Shown: positions 1 to 12,289, counted from the stretch's first letter. The stretch is 63,202 bases of DNA from Folioceros fuciformis (GCA_049999805.1 JBNGIO010006432.1:1-63202); one strand, 5' to 3'. Notes: generated by a model from the letters alone, not told the origin. Program-made: numbers and translations.

Positions 1-52
1 GGGGCTGGACAGTAGCGCCGTAGCACTGGTGGGTAGGAGATGAAAGAAGAAA

Positions 53-3000
53 TTAGCAGCGGGGAGATGTCAGTTGTCGCCCCGCATAATAAATCGGGTG
101 GTCCCTCTTCTTCTCATCTCGTTGGCTGAGCACGACTCCAATAGCAAAGGCTGAGACGTCGACATATACGTGGAATTTCTTGCTCCAATCGGGTCCTTTG
201 AGCGTTGGGGCAGTTACAAGCGTGGTCCTGAAATCCTGAAACGCATCCTCCCGTGCTGACGTCCACACCCATTCCTCATCCTTCCTCAACAACCTGGTCA
301 ACGGCGCTGCTCTTTTAGCGAAGTTCTTGATGAACCTCCTGTAGTATCCAACCATCCCAAGAAATCCCCTCAGGTCCTTTAGCGTGGTCGGTGGTTGGAG
401 TGCTTTAATGATCTTTACTTTGTCAGGATCCACCTCAATCCCTCTAGCCGAAATTTTATGCCCCAACAAGATACCTTCCTACATCCCGAAATAACACTTT
501 TCTGGGTGGAGGCATAGCTTGGCCTCTCTACACCTCTCCAGGCATTTCCTTAGGTGCTGTAGATGCTCCCCCGCTGACCCAAACACATAGAAATCGTCCA
601 GGAATACTTCCATTAAGTCTCGTAGGAAATCCTTAAAAATCTTGACAATTGTTCTCATGAAGGACCCTAGTGCTCCAGTCAGTCCAAATGCGCTGCGCTT
701 GTAGGCATATGTTCCCCAATCGGTGGTGAAGGCAGTTAACGGCCAGTCGCTCTCCCGAAGATGTAACTGGTTATACCCTGAGTACCCGTCCAAAAAGGAA
801 TACGTCATTTTCCCCACCACTAGGTCCAGAATGTTGTCAATGAAAGGTAACGGAAAGTGATCCTTTTGAGTCACCTTGTTCAACCTCATCCAGTCCTGGC
901 ATACTCGAATTTTCCTGGGCTGTTTCTTGGGTACCACTACAATTGGTGCCACCCATTCAGAGGTGACAATGGGATAAATGATGTCTACCTTCAGATACAG
1001 CTCTAGCTGTTCCTTTACTTTCAGGGAGTACTTTGGGTTCAACTAATACTGGGGTATCCTCACGGGCACTGCCCCTGGCTCCAGCTAGATCCTATGCTCC
1101 CCCCACTCCTTGGGAATGCCCTTCATATCTGTGACATCAAACGCAAACACATCAATAAACTCAGCCAGCAGGTCCTTCATCCCTTCCTCCAGCACCGCAT
1201 CCAGCTTGGTGGAGAACTTAAGGATTTTTCCTGGCAGGACCTCCACATCCTTGATCTCATCCGCCTGTACCCACTCTCGTTCGATTGGTGCTGAAGTAGC
1301 ACCAAACCCTTCCTCTAGCGTTTGAGGCTCTGCCTCCCTCATCCCCCATTCACAAAACAGCTCTTCAGAGGTGATCCTCGTGACGCCCTCCTGATCCTTA
1401 GGAATCCTCATGTCCAGGTCAGCCTCTTTGATCCCTTCCGATCCGACTACCTTGGTACCCTCTTGGGCTACCATCCGTTCCCTTCGGGCCTCCGCAGTAG
1501 TCCAAGGGACTACCTCACGTTCCCCTGAGGAAATTTCTTCTTCCCCCGTCTCCTCATCCACTTCCGCCTCTGTGACCCTATAACAACTAACCATAGGTAG
1601 CTGCCACAGGTAATCCTTCTCTTCCTCCGACCACGAGATATGCACAAACGGAAATCTTTCATCCTCATCTGCCTGCCCTTCCGTGTCTTTGGCTGAAGTG
1701 TACCCCTCCGTCTCAAAGGGTGTCTCACCTGCGTACATATCCTTACTCCAAGACAGACACATTCTTCCTTCCTTAGCCTTTGGATCCCAGTCCACTGGTT
1801 TAAAGCCTACTTCCTTCTGCCCCCATTTGAACGTGCACCTGGCACCATACATCCAGGTTCTGCCGATCAGCACCTCATAACCCGGGGCTTTCTGCCTGAT
1901 CACGACATAGTCCATGAGGTAGGGGATAGTTCCAATATGGGTTAATACCCCAAGAATTTCTCCGACTGGCGCCATTTTTGACATATCCGCCAATCGCAAG
2001 ACCTTGGCAATGTGCTCGATTTCCAAACCCAATTTCCTGGCTGTGTCTTCAGTCATAATGTTTACTCCAGACCCTGTGTCCAAAGGTACTTTCTTAATTA
2101 CACATCCCGCGATTTCGATTTGCAGCTCGGCTGGTCCTTGATCTGTCATGGTTACCAAATTCACAGCGTGCGTCCTTGGTCGCACCCTTGGCAGACTTGG
2201 TTTCCTCCTTGGTTGTGCCATCTTCAATGCTCGCCTCAACTACTGCCGATATCGCGGTGTATCTTGGAGCAATTGTCCAAAAGTCACCATGAATTTTTGA
2301 TCCATAATAGCTTCCGCCAAATCCAGCACTCGTGATCTCTCCTTCTCTACCCCTGCCGTCGGCCGAGAGGCCGGGTCCTTTGGCCTGTCCTGTTCCCTTG
2401 CTGGCGTGGTCTTGGCAAGCCCCCCTTTCGTTGCCGCATCCTCCAGCGATTGATTCAACTCCTCTTGGATCATATCAGCCACCTCCTGACGCACATCCGG
2501 AGGAAATCCCAATTTCCTCATTTCATCCAGCCGCAAATCCTTTCCTCCTTCTTCTGCCTTCTGGCCCGTCCCCTTCTCGAGTCGTCGTTGTTCCTCCACG
2601 CGCAGTGTTGACTCCTCGGCCCAGCCGCCTCTAAATTCCTCCTTACCCGAATTTTGTGGGGGTTCCTCTGTCCTTGGCAATTCTTGTTCCTCCTTGTTGA
2701 TCGGAGTGGTGGGGTCTTCTGTACTGGAGGATGTAGTTCGGTCCTTTCCTCCATGCTCCCTCTGCCCCGACTGCTTGTTCTTTGCTGCTTTTGCTCGTCC
2801 CCGAGTTCGGACGGCCATCGCAGGGGCTTCCTCGTAATATTGTCCATCCAAGCTACCCAATCCTTCCAACTTCCTCAACATGCTTTCTCCCGCATCTTCC
2901 CATACAGCCATTAATGCGTCCGTCACTGGTATCGCAGGAGGAGCACTTGGACCAGGGGCCTGAATCACCGCTACTGGGGTGGGGGTAATCCTTACGTGTT

Positions 3001-3430
3001 TCTTTGGCGCAGCACACAAAACGCTTCCGACCACATGGCCCATTTGCTTGCAGTCAGTGCACAACCTCTCATAGTCCCCATTCCCTTGGCGCGTCACCGA
3101 GGGACAGCTGTTCGCAAAGTGCCCTATGCCTCGACAATTATAGCATTGGATTGTTGTCAGCTGCGTCGAATTTCTGGGGGTCTGTCCTCGTATGGGTGCA
3201 TTGTTACGTAAATGTGGAGGGTAGACTGTCTTGGGGTATCCCATCATGGGCATCATTTCCTGAATTTGATAGGCGTCCTCCAAGTAAGCCTCCTCCTCCT
3301 CCTCTTCGTATTCCACAATCTGCACCTTAACCTGCGGACAACTCGCCTTGGAGTGTCCCTACTGTCCGCATGTTGAACAAAAAAGATTTGCCCTTCCCCC
3401 CGTCGCGACCCTCCTCCTCTCATGGTCCTT
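53..3430 (-). mobile_element. Ty3/Gypsy (non-chromovirus-like) gag-pol fragment: CCHC knuckles, protease, RT, start of RNase H; truncated at both ends
   Basis: One frame broken by TAG stops: CSTCGQ*GHSKASC, CYNCRGIGHFANSC, CTDCKQMGH (gag); LDTGSGVN (protease); FLDGYSGYNQ and VFLDDF (RT); PDWSKKFHVYVDVSAFAIG (RNase H). Confidence 0.95.
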
Positions 3431-4164
3431 TACAGCATTGTGTGAACCTCCAAAGTTTGGGGTAGTAGTTTGTTTTGGTTGGAAAAGGGTTAATAGTGGT
3501 ATGGTTTGGTTTTCTTTTTCTACTTATTTTCGCTAATTTTCCTTGATTTTCTGGTCATTTTTCGTATTTTTCTTTGTCCTAATTAGGTTAATTGACCAGG
3601 AAATAGTTGGTTTGGTTATAAGAGTGGGTATAGGTTTGGTCCCAGACCTGGGAAGGTTTAGGTTCGGTACCGGGCCACAGGGTTCGGAAGGTTTGAGTCT
3701 AGGTCTTGTGATTAGTTTAATATTTATTAAATATATATAATATTAAATAACAATATAATAATATTACATAATAAAAATAATAAAATAATGGTTTGAACAT
3801 AGGAACGGGTATCTGGGTATGTCAGTGTCAGGGGTCAGGGTCTGACGATAGGCTGGCTGATTGCTTGGCTGGCATGAACGGCCATGGAGGCCATGCCCTA
3901 GCTAGAGCTAGAGGCAGGGGTTGCGGCCGCCCCCATCTCCCCCCCCTCTCTCCCTTTCTCCCTTCCTCCTCCATTCCCTTCTTGCCCCCTCTTCTTCTTC
4001 TTCCCCTTCCCTCTCATCTCCCTTCCAATCTTTTTGTCCCTCTTCTTCTTGTGGATCCATATTGCAGGTAGGGGGAGAGACACCCAAAGTGTTGGGAGCG
4101 AAGGCTGCTACAGGAGGATCAGGAGCTGCGACCTTGCTCACCATCTCCGATTTCCAGATGCTCC

Positions 4165-5959
4165 TGCTGATTGGGACAAGAAATTCCATGTGTACGTGGA
4201 TGTTTCAGCCTTTGCCATTGGGACAGTCCTTAGCCAGCGGGATGAGAAGGGGAGGGACTACCCAATTTACTATGCTGGACGTCAACTTATGGAGGCTGAA
4301 CGCAAGTACACCACAACCGAGAGGGAGGCACTTGGCATGGTCTACTCTTGTCGTAAATTCCGCCACTACCTCCTCTCCTATGAGTTTGTCTTCCATGTTG
4401 ATCATTTTGCTCTCAAGCACCTAGTCAACAAGGCAGACCTATCGGGCCGCATAGCTCGCTGGATCTTGCTCTTGCAAGAGTTCACATTCACTGTGGAAAC
4501 AAGGGAAGGGCGCAGGCATGTGAATGCTGATTTTCTATCTAGGCTGAAAACGGGGAATGTGGTTCAGGACCAAGAAGATGATTTTCCGGATGAGGCATTT
4601 TCAGCAGACCTAGTGGAGAAGGAGAGGGCCAAACCAAATGTTAGGTTGCCAAGAGGTGAAGGTGCAGCACCAAATGAGAAGGGGAGAAGAGGGTCCCGTA
4701 AGCCTTCCTACCAAGAGGTGTCTGATTTTTTAGGCACGAGGGAATTTCTAGTTGATCTCGCACGGCAGCAGCAGCGTCTATTCTTGTACTTCACAAGGCT
4801 GGTGGTTAAGTACAAGGGCAAGCTGTATCGCACAGAAGCTGATGGCGTGGAGAGGTTGTGGGTCAAACCTGGCTAAGTGGAGCAAGTTATCAGCTCCCTA
4901 CATGAGGGAGAGGCTGGAGGCCATTCTGCAGCCCATGTGACCAGTAGAAAAATTCTGGCAGTAGGGTATTGGTGGCCAACAATGCATGCTGATGCTGGAG
5001 AATTCATCAAGAGGTGTGATGCATGCCAAAGGGTGGGGAAGCCTACTAGGACCACACAATGGCCATTGGTCCCCATCCTAGCCCTAGCACCATTTCAGAA
5101 GTGGGGGATTGATTTTGTAGGACCAATTCAGCCCAAGTCTAAGGGAAGGCAAAACCAATACATCCTGGTGGCAACTGACTACTGCACACGCATGGTGGAG
5201 GCCCAAGCTTTGCCCGTGGACACAGCAAATGTGGTGGCCCGATTTTTGTTTGAGCAAATCATCACAAGGTATGGGTGCCCGTTGGAGCTGGTGAGTGATA
5301 GGGGGACTCATTTCATCAATGAAGTAGTCAAGCACATGACTGAATATTTCAATATCAGTCATAGGAAGACCACTCCCTACAACCCTAAGGCCAATGGACT
5401 CACGGAGAAGGCTAATGGGCTGTTGTGCAAGATTCTCGGCAAGCTCACCGTTACCTATGCTCATGATTGGGATAGGAAGCTCCATTCAGCCTTGTGGGCG
5501 TATAGGACTGCTGAGAAGGTTACTACCCAGCAGACCCCTTATTACCTCACCTATGGACACTCACCGATCATGCCCATCGAATTTGAGGTACCTACCTTGA
5601 GAATGCAGGAGAGCAATCGATTGCCCGTGGAGGAGAGCCAGCTGGAGAGGCTAACCAGTTTTGTGCAGCATGATGAGGATAGGGAACGGGCCTTGGCTGT
5701 TTTCCTTGATGTGTAGGAGAGGAGGAAGAAGTGGCACGACCAGAAGTTGCGTAAACAAGAGTATGTTGTGCCTGGAGATTTAGCCTTGTTATATGACAAT
5801 AGGTACATGCACTTTCCAGGTAAGCTGCACTTGAGATGGATGGGACCTTACAGGGTGCTGGAAGTGTATGAGAATGGGTCCATCCAACTGCAGCACCTCA
5901 ACGGCCCTAACTTGCCAACTAGGGTTAATGGCTGGCGGGTGAAGAAATATTATCAGTAG
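4165..5959 (+). mobile_element. Ty3/Gypsy pol fragment: RNase H and integrase
   Basis: YTTTEREAL and HVNADFLSR (RNase H); HEGEAGGH...CDACQR zinc motif; WGIDFVGP, LVSDRGTHF, ANGLTEK (DDE core); WMGPY; no chromodomain; two in-frame stops. Confidence 0.95.
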
Positions 5960-5978
5960 TTGGCGAGGACGCCAATAA

Positions 5979-5991
5979 ATGAGAAGGGGAG
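5979..5991 (+). promoter_or_regulatory. Polypurine tract of the plus-strand Gypsy element
   Basis: ATGAGAAGGGGAG lies just after the integrase stop and 2 nt before the TG starting the LTR. Confidence 0.8.
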
Positions 5992-5993
5992 TA

Positions 5994-7292
5994 TGTGGAC
6001 TCCACATGCTGAATAGGTCCTTGGAAAATGGTAGGATTTCTCTTTTTGGGAATCTCTAAGTGAACCATGTGGTGAAATGGTTAAAAGATTAGGTTAGATT
6101 AGTAGCTAGATTAATGGTGAGGCGAGACGTGTCTTTGAAGGGTTGCTGGAATGATTTAATGAGAGAAGGGATGGAATGATTTGAGTGAGGAGGGAGAGGG
6201 TTGAGAGGCACTGACCATTTTGGTAGTCTTAAGAGGTTGGTCAATTTTGGTAAGGGCACCCAGTGGTGTCCTTGGGACACAACCCCTATTAGGTCAGAAC
6301 TAGGTTTGGGTCAAAGTTAGGGTTAGGTCAGAGTTAGGTTTAGGTCAAAATTAGGGGCGGCTTAGGTCAGAGAGAGATTGTTGGGTGGTTGACTGAGGCT
6401 AACCCTAATAGATAGAGATGGAGGTTTGGGCCAAGGTAGTATAAGAGGCTAGACCTGCCATTGAGGAGGGGGCTGTCTACGGTGCGATTTCCCTAGACCT
6501 TGGGTGCAGAACTCCTGGCTTAGGGCGCTGAGCTGGTTGAGACTAAACCAAGGTCTTGATTTCCCTTGCCACTAGGGAAACGTGGAGGATCCCAAGACTG
6601 CCAAGATTCGTGTGGCCGGATCCGCAACGGCTGACCACCTTGCATGCTGGCTGAGGTGAGGTTGCAGGGCCGTGAGCCAAGGAGGCTACCCAGCCCTAGG
6701 CCTTGCCTTTGCCTTGAAGGCTGCAAGAGGGAAGGCTGTTGTGTTCCAAATTGCAGGAGAGAAGGGTTGAGTTGCAGATTTTGGAAGTGGAAGTGTTGAA
6801 GTGAGGAGTTGAGCTGAAGTGAGGGGCTGGAGGGTGAAGTGAAGTGCTGAAGTGAAGGACTGAAGTGCTGAAGTGGTGGAATGAAGTGTTGGAGCTGGAG
6901 TGAGGAGCTAGCTGAAGTTGAGGTTCTCGTTCAGCTGCGGAGGTAGCTAGCACTAGGTGCTGAGAGTTGGAGGCCAGACTTGGGGATGGAGCCTCCTCTT
7001 AGCACTGAAGTGATTGATACTTGGAGCTGGAAATGAGGGCTGAAGACAATGCTGGAGTTCTCATTTTGTTGAGGCTGGGGTTGGTGTTGTGGTAGGAGCT
7101 GAAGACAGGACCGAGACTTCTGACCTATTGCTGTAGCACTTGGTATATGCTGATAGATAGGGTAAGATTAGGGAGATGTAGATAACCTTGACATTAGTTC
7201 ACTCCCTTGGGAGCGAATCATAAGACTGCAACGATAATAAGGGGAAGTGTGGCCCCTTGGTGGTTCTTGGGTGTGCAAGAAATCACTCCACA
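5994..7292 (+). mobile_element. 3' LTR of the Gypsy element (~1.3 kb)
   Basis: Starts TGTGGA after the PPT and ends TCCACA (6-bp terminal inverted repeat), exactly where Copia gag-like coding resumes on the minus strand. No partner LTR in the window. Confidence 0.72.
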
Positions 7293-7860
7293 CTTATTCT
7301 TATGTGCAAGATTATTGGGAGGAGGACAGTGAGTTCCTCTAGAAGTGGAAGTGGAGGGTTTGCTAGTTTGATTCCAGCATTTCTTACTACCAACAAAGAG
7401 AGCAGAGGTATTCCCAGGGGTGCTGGAAGAGTTGTTACCTTACCTCAATCTAGCTTCATGCATGATTCTGCTGATTAGAGTAGTTAGATTTAAAGGATTA
7501 CTAGCTGACATGCTACTAGTCTGTGCAGTAATAAAGTTGCCCCATGAGGGAGGTAAGGCTCTGAATAGGTGCATAACTTGTGTTTCGTCGTCCACTATTA
7601 GACTTGAGGAGATTACTGAATCTAAGGAGCCTTGCCAAGACTCTAGAAAATCTAGAACTAAATTTCCTTCAATCAATTTCAGGGATTGGAGTTGTTCCCG
7701 GGTGTATAACTTAAAGCCCATGCTCCCCTCTACATAGGTAGATTGCAATTTGTCCCACATTTCTTTGGATGCTTTTAGTCTTTTGATTATAGGGATTAAT
7801 CTATCTCCTACATGCAAGAGTATGTTGGAACAGGCTTGTGCATCTTTGAGAAGCCATGCA
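7293..7860 (-). mobile_element. Ty1/Copia gag fragment, interrupted by the Gypsy LTR
   Basis: KASKEMWDKLQSTY and LFRALPPSWGNFITA, then HEARLR*GNNSS...SALFVGSK, typical of Copia gag before the zinc knuckle. Confidence 0.85.
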
Positions 7861-7864
7861 GGTA

Positions 7865-8053
7865 AGTCAGCGTGACCTAGTGTTGGTTGTGCTTCAGAGC
7901 CTTACTGAAGGCCTTAGAGAATTTCTTAGTCAGCATGACCTAGTGTTGGTTGTGCTTCAGAGCCTTACTGAAGGCCATAGAGAATTTCTTAGTCAGCATG
8001 ACCTAGTGTTGGTTGTGCTTCAGAGCCTTATTGAAGGCCATAGAGAATTTCTT
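7865..8053. repeat. 63-bp tandem repeat x3 in the Copia leader/gag start
   Basis: AGTCAGCATGACCTAGTGTTGGTTGTGCTTCAGAGCC... starts at 7865, 7928 and 7991. Confidence 0.95.
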
Positions 8054-8229
8054 AATAAAAGCATTTCTATACCGGCTGCCCATGTGTGATAATTGATGCT
8101 ACTTAACTTATCAATCTGATATGCCCTGGAAATGGTCTGAGGTGGATTAGCCATTAAGTTAGATCTCCTAACGTTTATGATTGCTTGTGCATGATTTCTA
8201 ATTGAGTATTAAATTGTCATGCTGTCTCC

Positions 8230-8374
8230 TATATATATCGTCTAAATGAGCAGATAGACTATATATATCGTCTAANNNNNNNNNNATATATCGTCTAAAT
8301 GAGCAGATAGACTATATATATCGTCTAAATGAACAGATAGACTATATATATCGTCTAAATGAGCAGATAGACTA
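8230..8374. repeat. 30-bp tandem repeat containing an assembly gap
   Basis: ATATATATCGTCTAAATGAGCAGATAGACT repeated at least 4 times. Confidence 0.95.
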
Positions 8375-8608
8375 GAGAGTTCAGATGATGTCTAGATTGT
8401 GCAAGAGTTATTGATTGTGTGACTTGTTTATGTAGAAGACGAATGATGTCTGAATCCAAAAGACCAGAGGGACAAGAATGCCTGAGTATCTCAAAGGATT
8501 CTGGACAGAATCTCCGTAGTCTGTCCATTGGGTTATGCTATTTTACTGGCACAGAATCAGAGTCTGTCCAGTCTTTGTCATGCATTTCAGGCATGCTCTA
8601 CGATCGGT

Positions 8609-8620
8609 GCTCTGATACCA
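8609..8620 (-). promoter_or_regulatory. Primer-binding site (tRNA-iMet) of the Copia element
   Basis: Minus strand reads CA-TGGTATCAGAGC, the canonical plant iMet PBS. Confidence 0.9.
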
Positions 8621-8808
8621 TGAACCAGAGTAAAGGAGAGCACACACACAACGGAGAGGAGAGAATGCAAAGTGTGTGTTTTAATTATGAGCATGTACGA
8701 AGGTATTGAACAAGTCTATACGAGGAGGAGTCGCGTCTGTTCCGATCGTGTCTCTTACGATGATGCCTATTCAGAATAACGAGCTTCACGAAAGGAACCA
8801 GTTTCACA
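8621..8808 (-). mobile_element. Short 5' LTR of the Copia element (~190 bp)
   Basis: TGAA...TTCA(CA) abuts the PBS; ARP8-homologous sequence begins immediately beyond, at 8811. Confidence 0.65.
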
Positions 8809-8810
8809 CA

Positions 8811-9140
8811 GAGTGCACTTTTTGCCTTCCTCCTCATAGTCTTAAGCTACACAGCAAAGCATCTGCAAAAATTCGACTGTACTTGCTGAACAGGGGCACA
8901 CCAAAGAGTGAGACAGTCCGGCAACACCAAAGGAACTTGGTTCATTTAGATACCACTTTCACCTCTCGTGCTGTATACATCGAGGCAAAATTGATGCCAC
9001 TATTCTGCATGAGCTCTGCAAGGTGCCCTGTAAGGCGCATCGCACCTTGTCCCACAGTTTCGACTCCGACCTTCGTCATCACTTTCCCATGCAGAACTGC
9101 AATACGACCACGGGTAAGCAAGATGGCGCAAGCAATGCTA
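8811..9140 (-). pseudogene. Partial duplicate of ARP8 (exons plus introns)
   Basis: Near-identical to 15050-15378 (LHGKVMTKVGVETVGQGAMRLTGHLAELM), including intron sequence. Confidence 0.9.
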
Positions 9141-9620
9141 AGGACACCCAGCAAGTACTTACACTCCTCCCGATGCTCTGGTCGTTGGCATCAGCAGTTG
9201 ACAGGCACAGAGTCCTAGATCCCCCAAATTGCATACGTCATAATCAAAAGGTCGGTCGGCTCTCCATTTGCCCGACCGGATGCACACGCGAATGCGAACG
9301 CTGTCTCGACCTTGGACTCACCCGGCACCGCCTTCTCGTTTCACATCTGCCACACTAGCTGAATTTATGACAGTTCTGACATCCAACCGAATCAGAGCTA
9401 CCGCTGCATACGTCTCTGGCTTTCTTCTGGCCACAAATTCTCCAACGGCACCTCCGATCCAGCATCGCAGAATAATGGATCAGCTCTCAAATCCTCCTCC
9501 TTCCAGATCCGTACATAACCACCTCAGAAAAAGGCAGCTCGACCGATCTCCTCTCCAGCCGCAAGACCTTCTATCGCTTCCTGGGACGCGGGCAAGAACC
9601 GCAGCCGCAACCGCCTAACC
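9141..9620 (-). pseudogene. Degenerate F-box/kelch-like gene relic
   Basis: Minus-strand pieces AAVLARVP, AFAFACASG and LMPTTRASGGV*VLAG resemble F-box and kelch motifs; stops and frameshifts present. Confidence 0.4.
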
Positions 9621-10689
9621 ACCCACCAATTCAGGCACGCAAGTACACCACGGAGGATCTCAAAGGCTTCCACCACAGCAAACGTGCTCAGATGTCGCGA
9701 ATCAGCAACACAAAATTTGCAAGGAGTAATTGATCTTCCAATTGACCATATATGGCTCCCCTCTGCCGACTTGTTGCTGGCCAACTGCTCTTTCCGGTCT
9801 CCTCTCCTCTACTGCCCTGCTCGGAGATGGAAATACCAGATCCGAAGGGATCGGATCAGATCAGATGAGGAAGAATGGGCAGGCGGGGAAGGGATAGGCA
9901 AGAGCTTGGCTGCAGCAACGCCAGCTCAGGAAAACATGGTGCCACGCCGCGTCGGGTGTGGTCCAGCAGGGGACGTGGAAGTCGGAGAAAGGAAGGTAGA
10001 GTGAGAGGGGTAGGACTGCGAGAGTGGAGCAACCGTTCTGCTTCTGATTTCCTGGAAACAGCGCGCAACCAGAGCGAACCAGGCCGGTTTAGGTCGGTTG
10101 GTGGTTCTTGGTCAGACGACAGCGGCCTCCAACCAACCTTGCCCTTACGACAGGCACCCTTGTTCACACAGCCTGGCTGAACTCGGAGGTCCCTTCTGCT
10201 ACTCTGCAGTGTATTGCATGGTTGCCTGCACGTTATATCTTCTGCATCCACCGCCCTAGCCCGTCGTCTCTCAGGAGGGAAAGGACAAGAGGAGGAGAAA
10301 GACTTCTCTATGAATCCAATATGGACGGATTTTCCCATGATGGGACTTGGTAGGTCGTGTGTGAGCCCTGCGGGCGTTCTATTCGTGCTGGCTCAGCGTA
10401 GGGCTGGTGGGATTTCGTAGATCTTGCGGAAACCTACTCTTCGGTGAGATGGCAGGCAAGAAGGAAGAAGAAGAGCAGCAGGAGCAGCGGAGAGTGCTGG
10501 GAGGGCCGGGCTGCGAAGAGAAAGCGGGGCAACGGAGAGTGCCGGGAGGTCCAGAGTGCGCAGGATGTCTCCAAAAGCAACTGGAGCCTGCTTGGCAATC
10601 AGTGCGACTAGCCCTGAGTCTGCAGGGTACCAAAGTGGCGTGACGGCTGAAACCGTGGCGGATTTCCGTCATCAGGGCTAGGCTAGCTC

Positions 10690-11560
10690 TTTGAGGCTGT
10701 TGAAGGTTTGGGGCTTCTCGTGTGCACACACTGCTGCGTTTAGCAATCTCTCGCCTGCACCCTTCTGAAGCTTTTCTTGCACCTGATTCCATAACACTTG
10801 CGTGCCTCTTACAGGCATGTGCAAGGATGGGCAACCAGGACTTGGAGTATGGCAGGCAGCTGCATGCACAGATTGGAGGATAAGTCTAGAGGCTGATGCG
10901 TTCATTGCCAGACGTTAAGTGAACATGTATGTCAATTGTGGCAGCTTATATGACGCTCTACTTTCTTTCTTCGAAGCAACCTGATCAGAAACTCTGAATG
11001 TCATCACTGGAAGATATTCTCAGCAGGGGCATGGGGCAGGCAGCCTTTCTTATGCACGGACACATGCAAGGAGAAGGCACCTTTGCACCCAACTCTGTTA
11101 CATGTGTGTGCCTTCTTCAAGCATTTCCATGTGCGGGCACCCTGGCTTTGGACAAAGCGAAACAGATTCATGGGGAAATGAAGGAGTCTGGGCCTGACGC
11201 TGTTGTGGTTGTAGCCAAGGCTTCGGTTAACATGTATGCAAAATTGTGACAGCGTAAAGAACGCTCATGGCATGTTTGACGGGCTTGGTGAAAAGAATGT
11301 TGTGACGTGGACCATGATGCTATGATAGCAGCATACTTCCAGAAGGGCATGGCACAGGATGCACTCTCTCTGGACAGAGATGTGCAAGAAGAAATACCGT
11401 TGCTCTTTGCACCCCAGGTTTTCAACCTTCGTCTGCCTCCTACTAGCATGTGAGAGTGTGACAGCTTTCAACCTGGGAAGGCAGTTTCATGAAACATGGG
11501 CTTGAGGCAAGTGTGGTTGTTGCCGCCAGTTTGATGAACCTGTATGCTAAAGGTGAGTAG
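10690..11560 (+). pseudogene. PLS-class PPR pseudogene
   Basis: TLACLLQACARMG...GRQLHAQI, VNMYVNCGSLYDA, NSVTCVCLLQA...KQIHGEM, FDGLGEKNVVTWT, SLMNLYAKG in shifting frames with stops. Confidence 0.85.
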
Positions 11561-12289
11561 CACAGCTGATGCACTGCAGCCTGTGCTGAAGCAAGGTCAA
11601 GGTTAACACTGGGGTCTAACAAATAAATAATTGCCTCATAATACTTCTTTTCTCATTTAATCATTCTTTGAAATATATGCTGTGAGTAGATCACACAGCA
11701 GAAGCCTATCTCTTGGGACACACTAGAAAAGAATTAAGAACTAGAAAAGAATTAAGAAGTTTAGAGATATTGATACCGAAGACGGGAAATGAGTGTTTGA
11801 AAAGGGGCATTTTTCAAATAAATGTCTTTGAGCCTGGAACCGAAGTGAAAAACAGTTGCACACAAGAATCCAAATTTTTAAGAAAAATGATTTTTATTTT
11901 TTTACTTTTTCTTAGAAAAATATGAATTCTTACTCTTGCACTCAAAAATATGTCATATAACTTCAATTGTGTATTATACTTTATATTAAAAAGTTAAGAA
12001 TGTTAATATAATTTATAAATCAAATCACATAAATTTTTATTTTTCAGTATGAAAGTAGAAAATAACTTTCAATGAGATTCAAAAGAGAAGTAGCTAGACA
12101 TAAAAAGACTCTCTTACTCTATAGATGTACATTAAGACTACAAGTTCAAGTATATGTGTCTACATCCAAATCTAAGCAATCCAAGTCATTCCGAGTTGCT
12201 CGAATGAGGCCTACAAATGAATCGTCAGAGAATGTGGAGGACTATGATAATGAGGAAGTTGAAGCAGACAACAACTTAACCATGGGAGA

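Noticed and set aside
2240-2242. Programmed gag-pol readthrough stop
   Set aside because: Four more TAG stops interrupt the same frame, including inside conserved domains, so mutation is more parsimonious.
8090-8220. Possible U2 snRNA fragment (CTTATCA...ATCTGATATG)
   Set aside because: Only a short gapped match; no branch-point pairing region GTGTAGTA or recognisable 5' stem; lies in a Copia leader.
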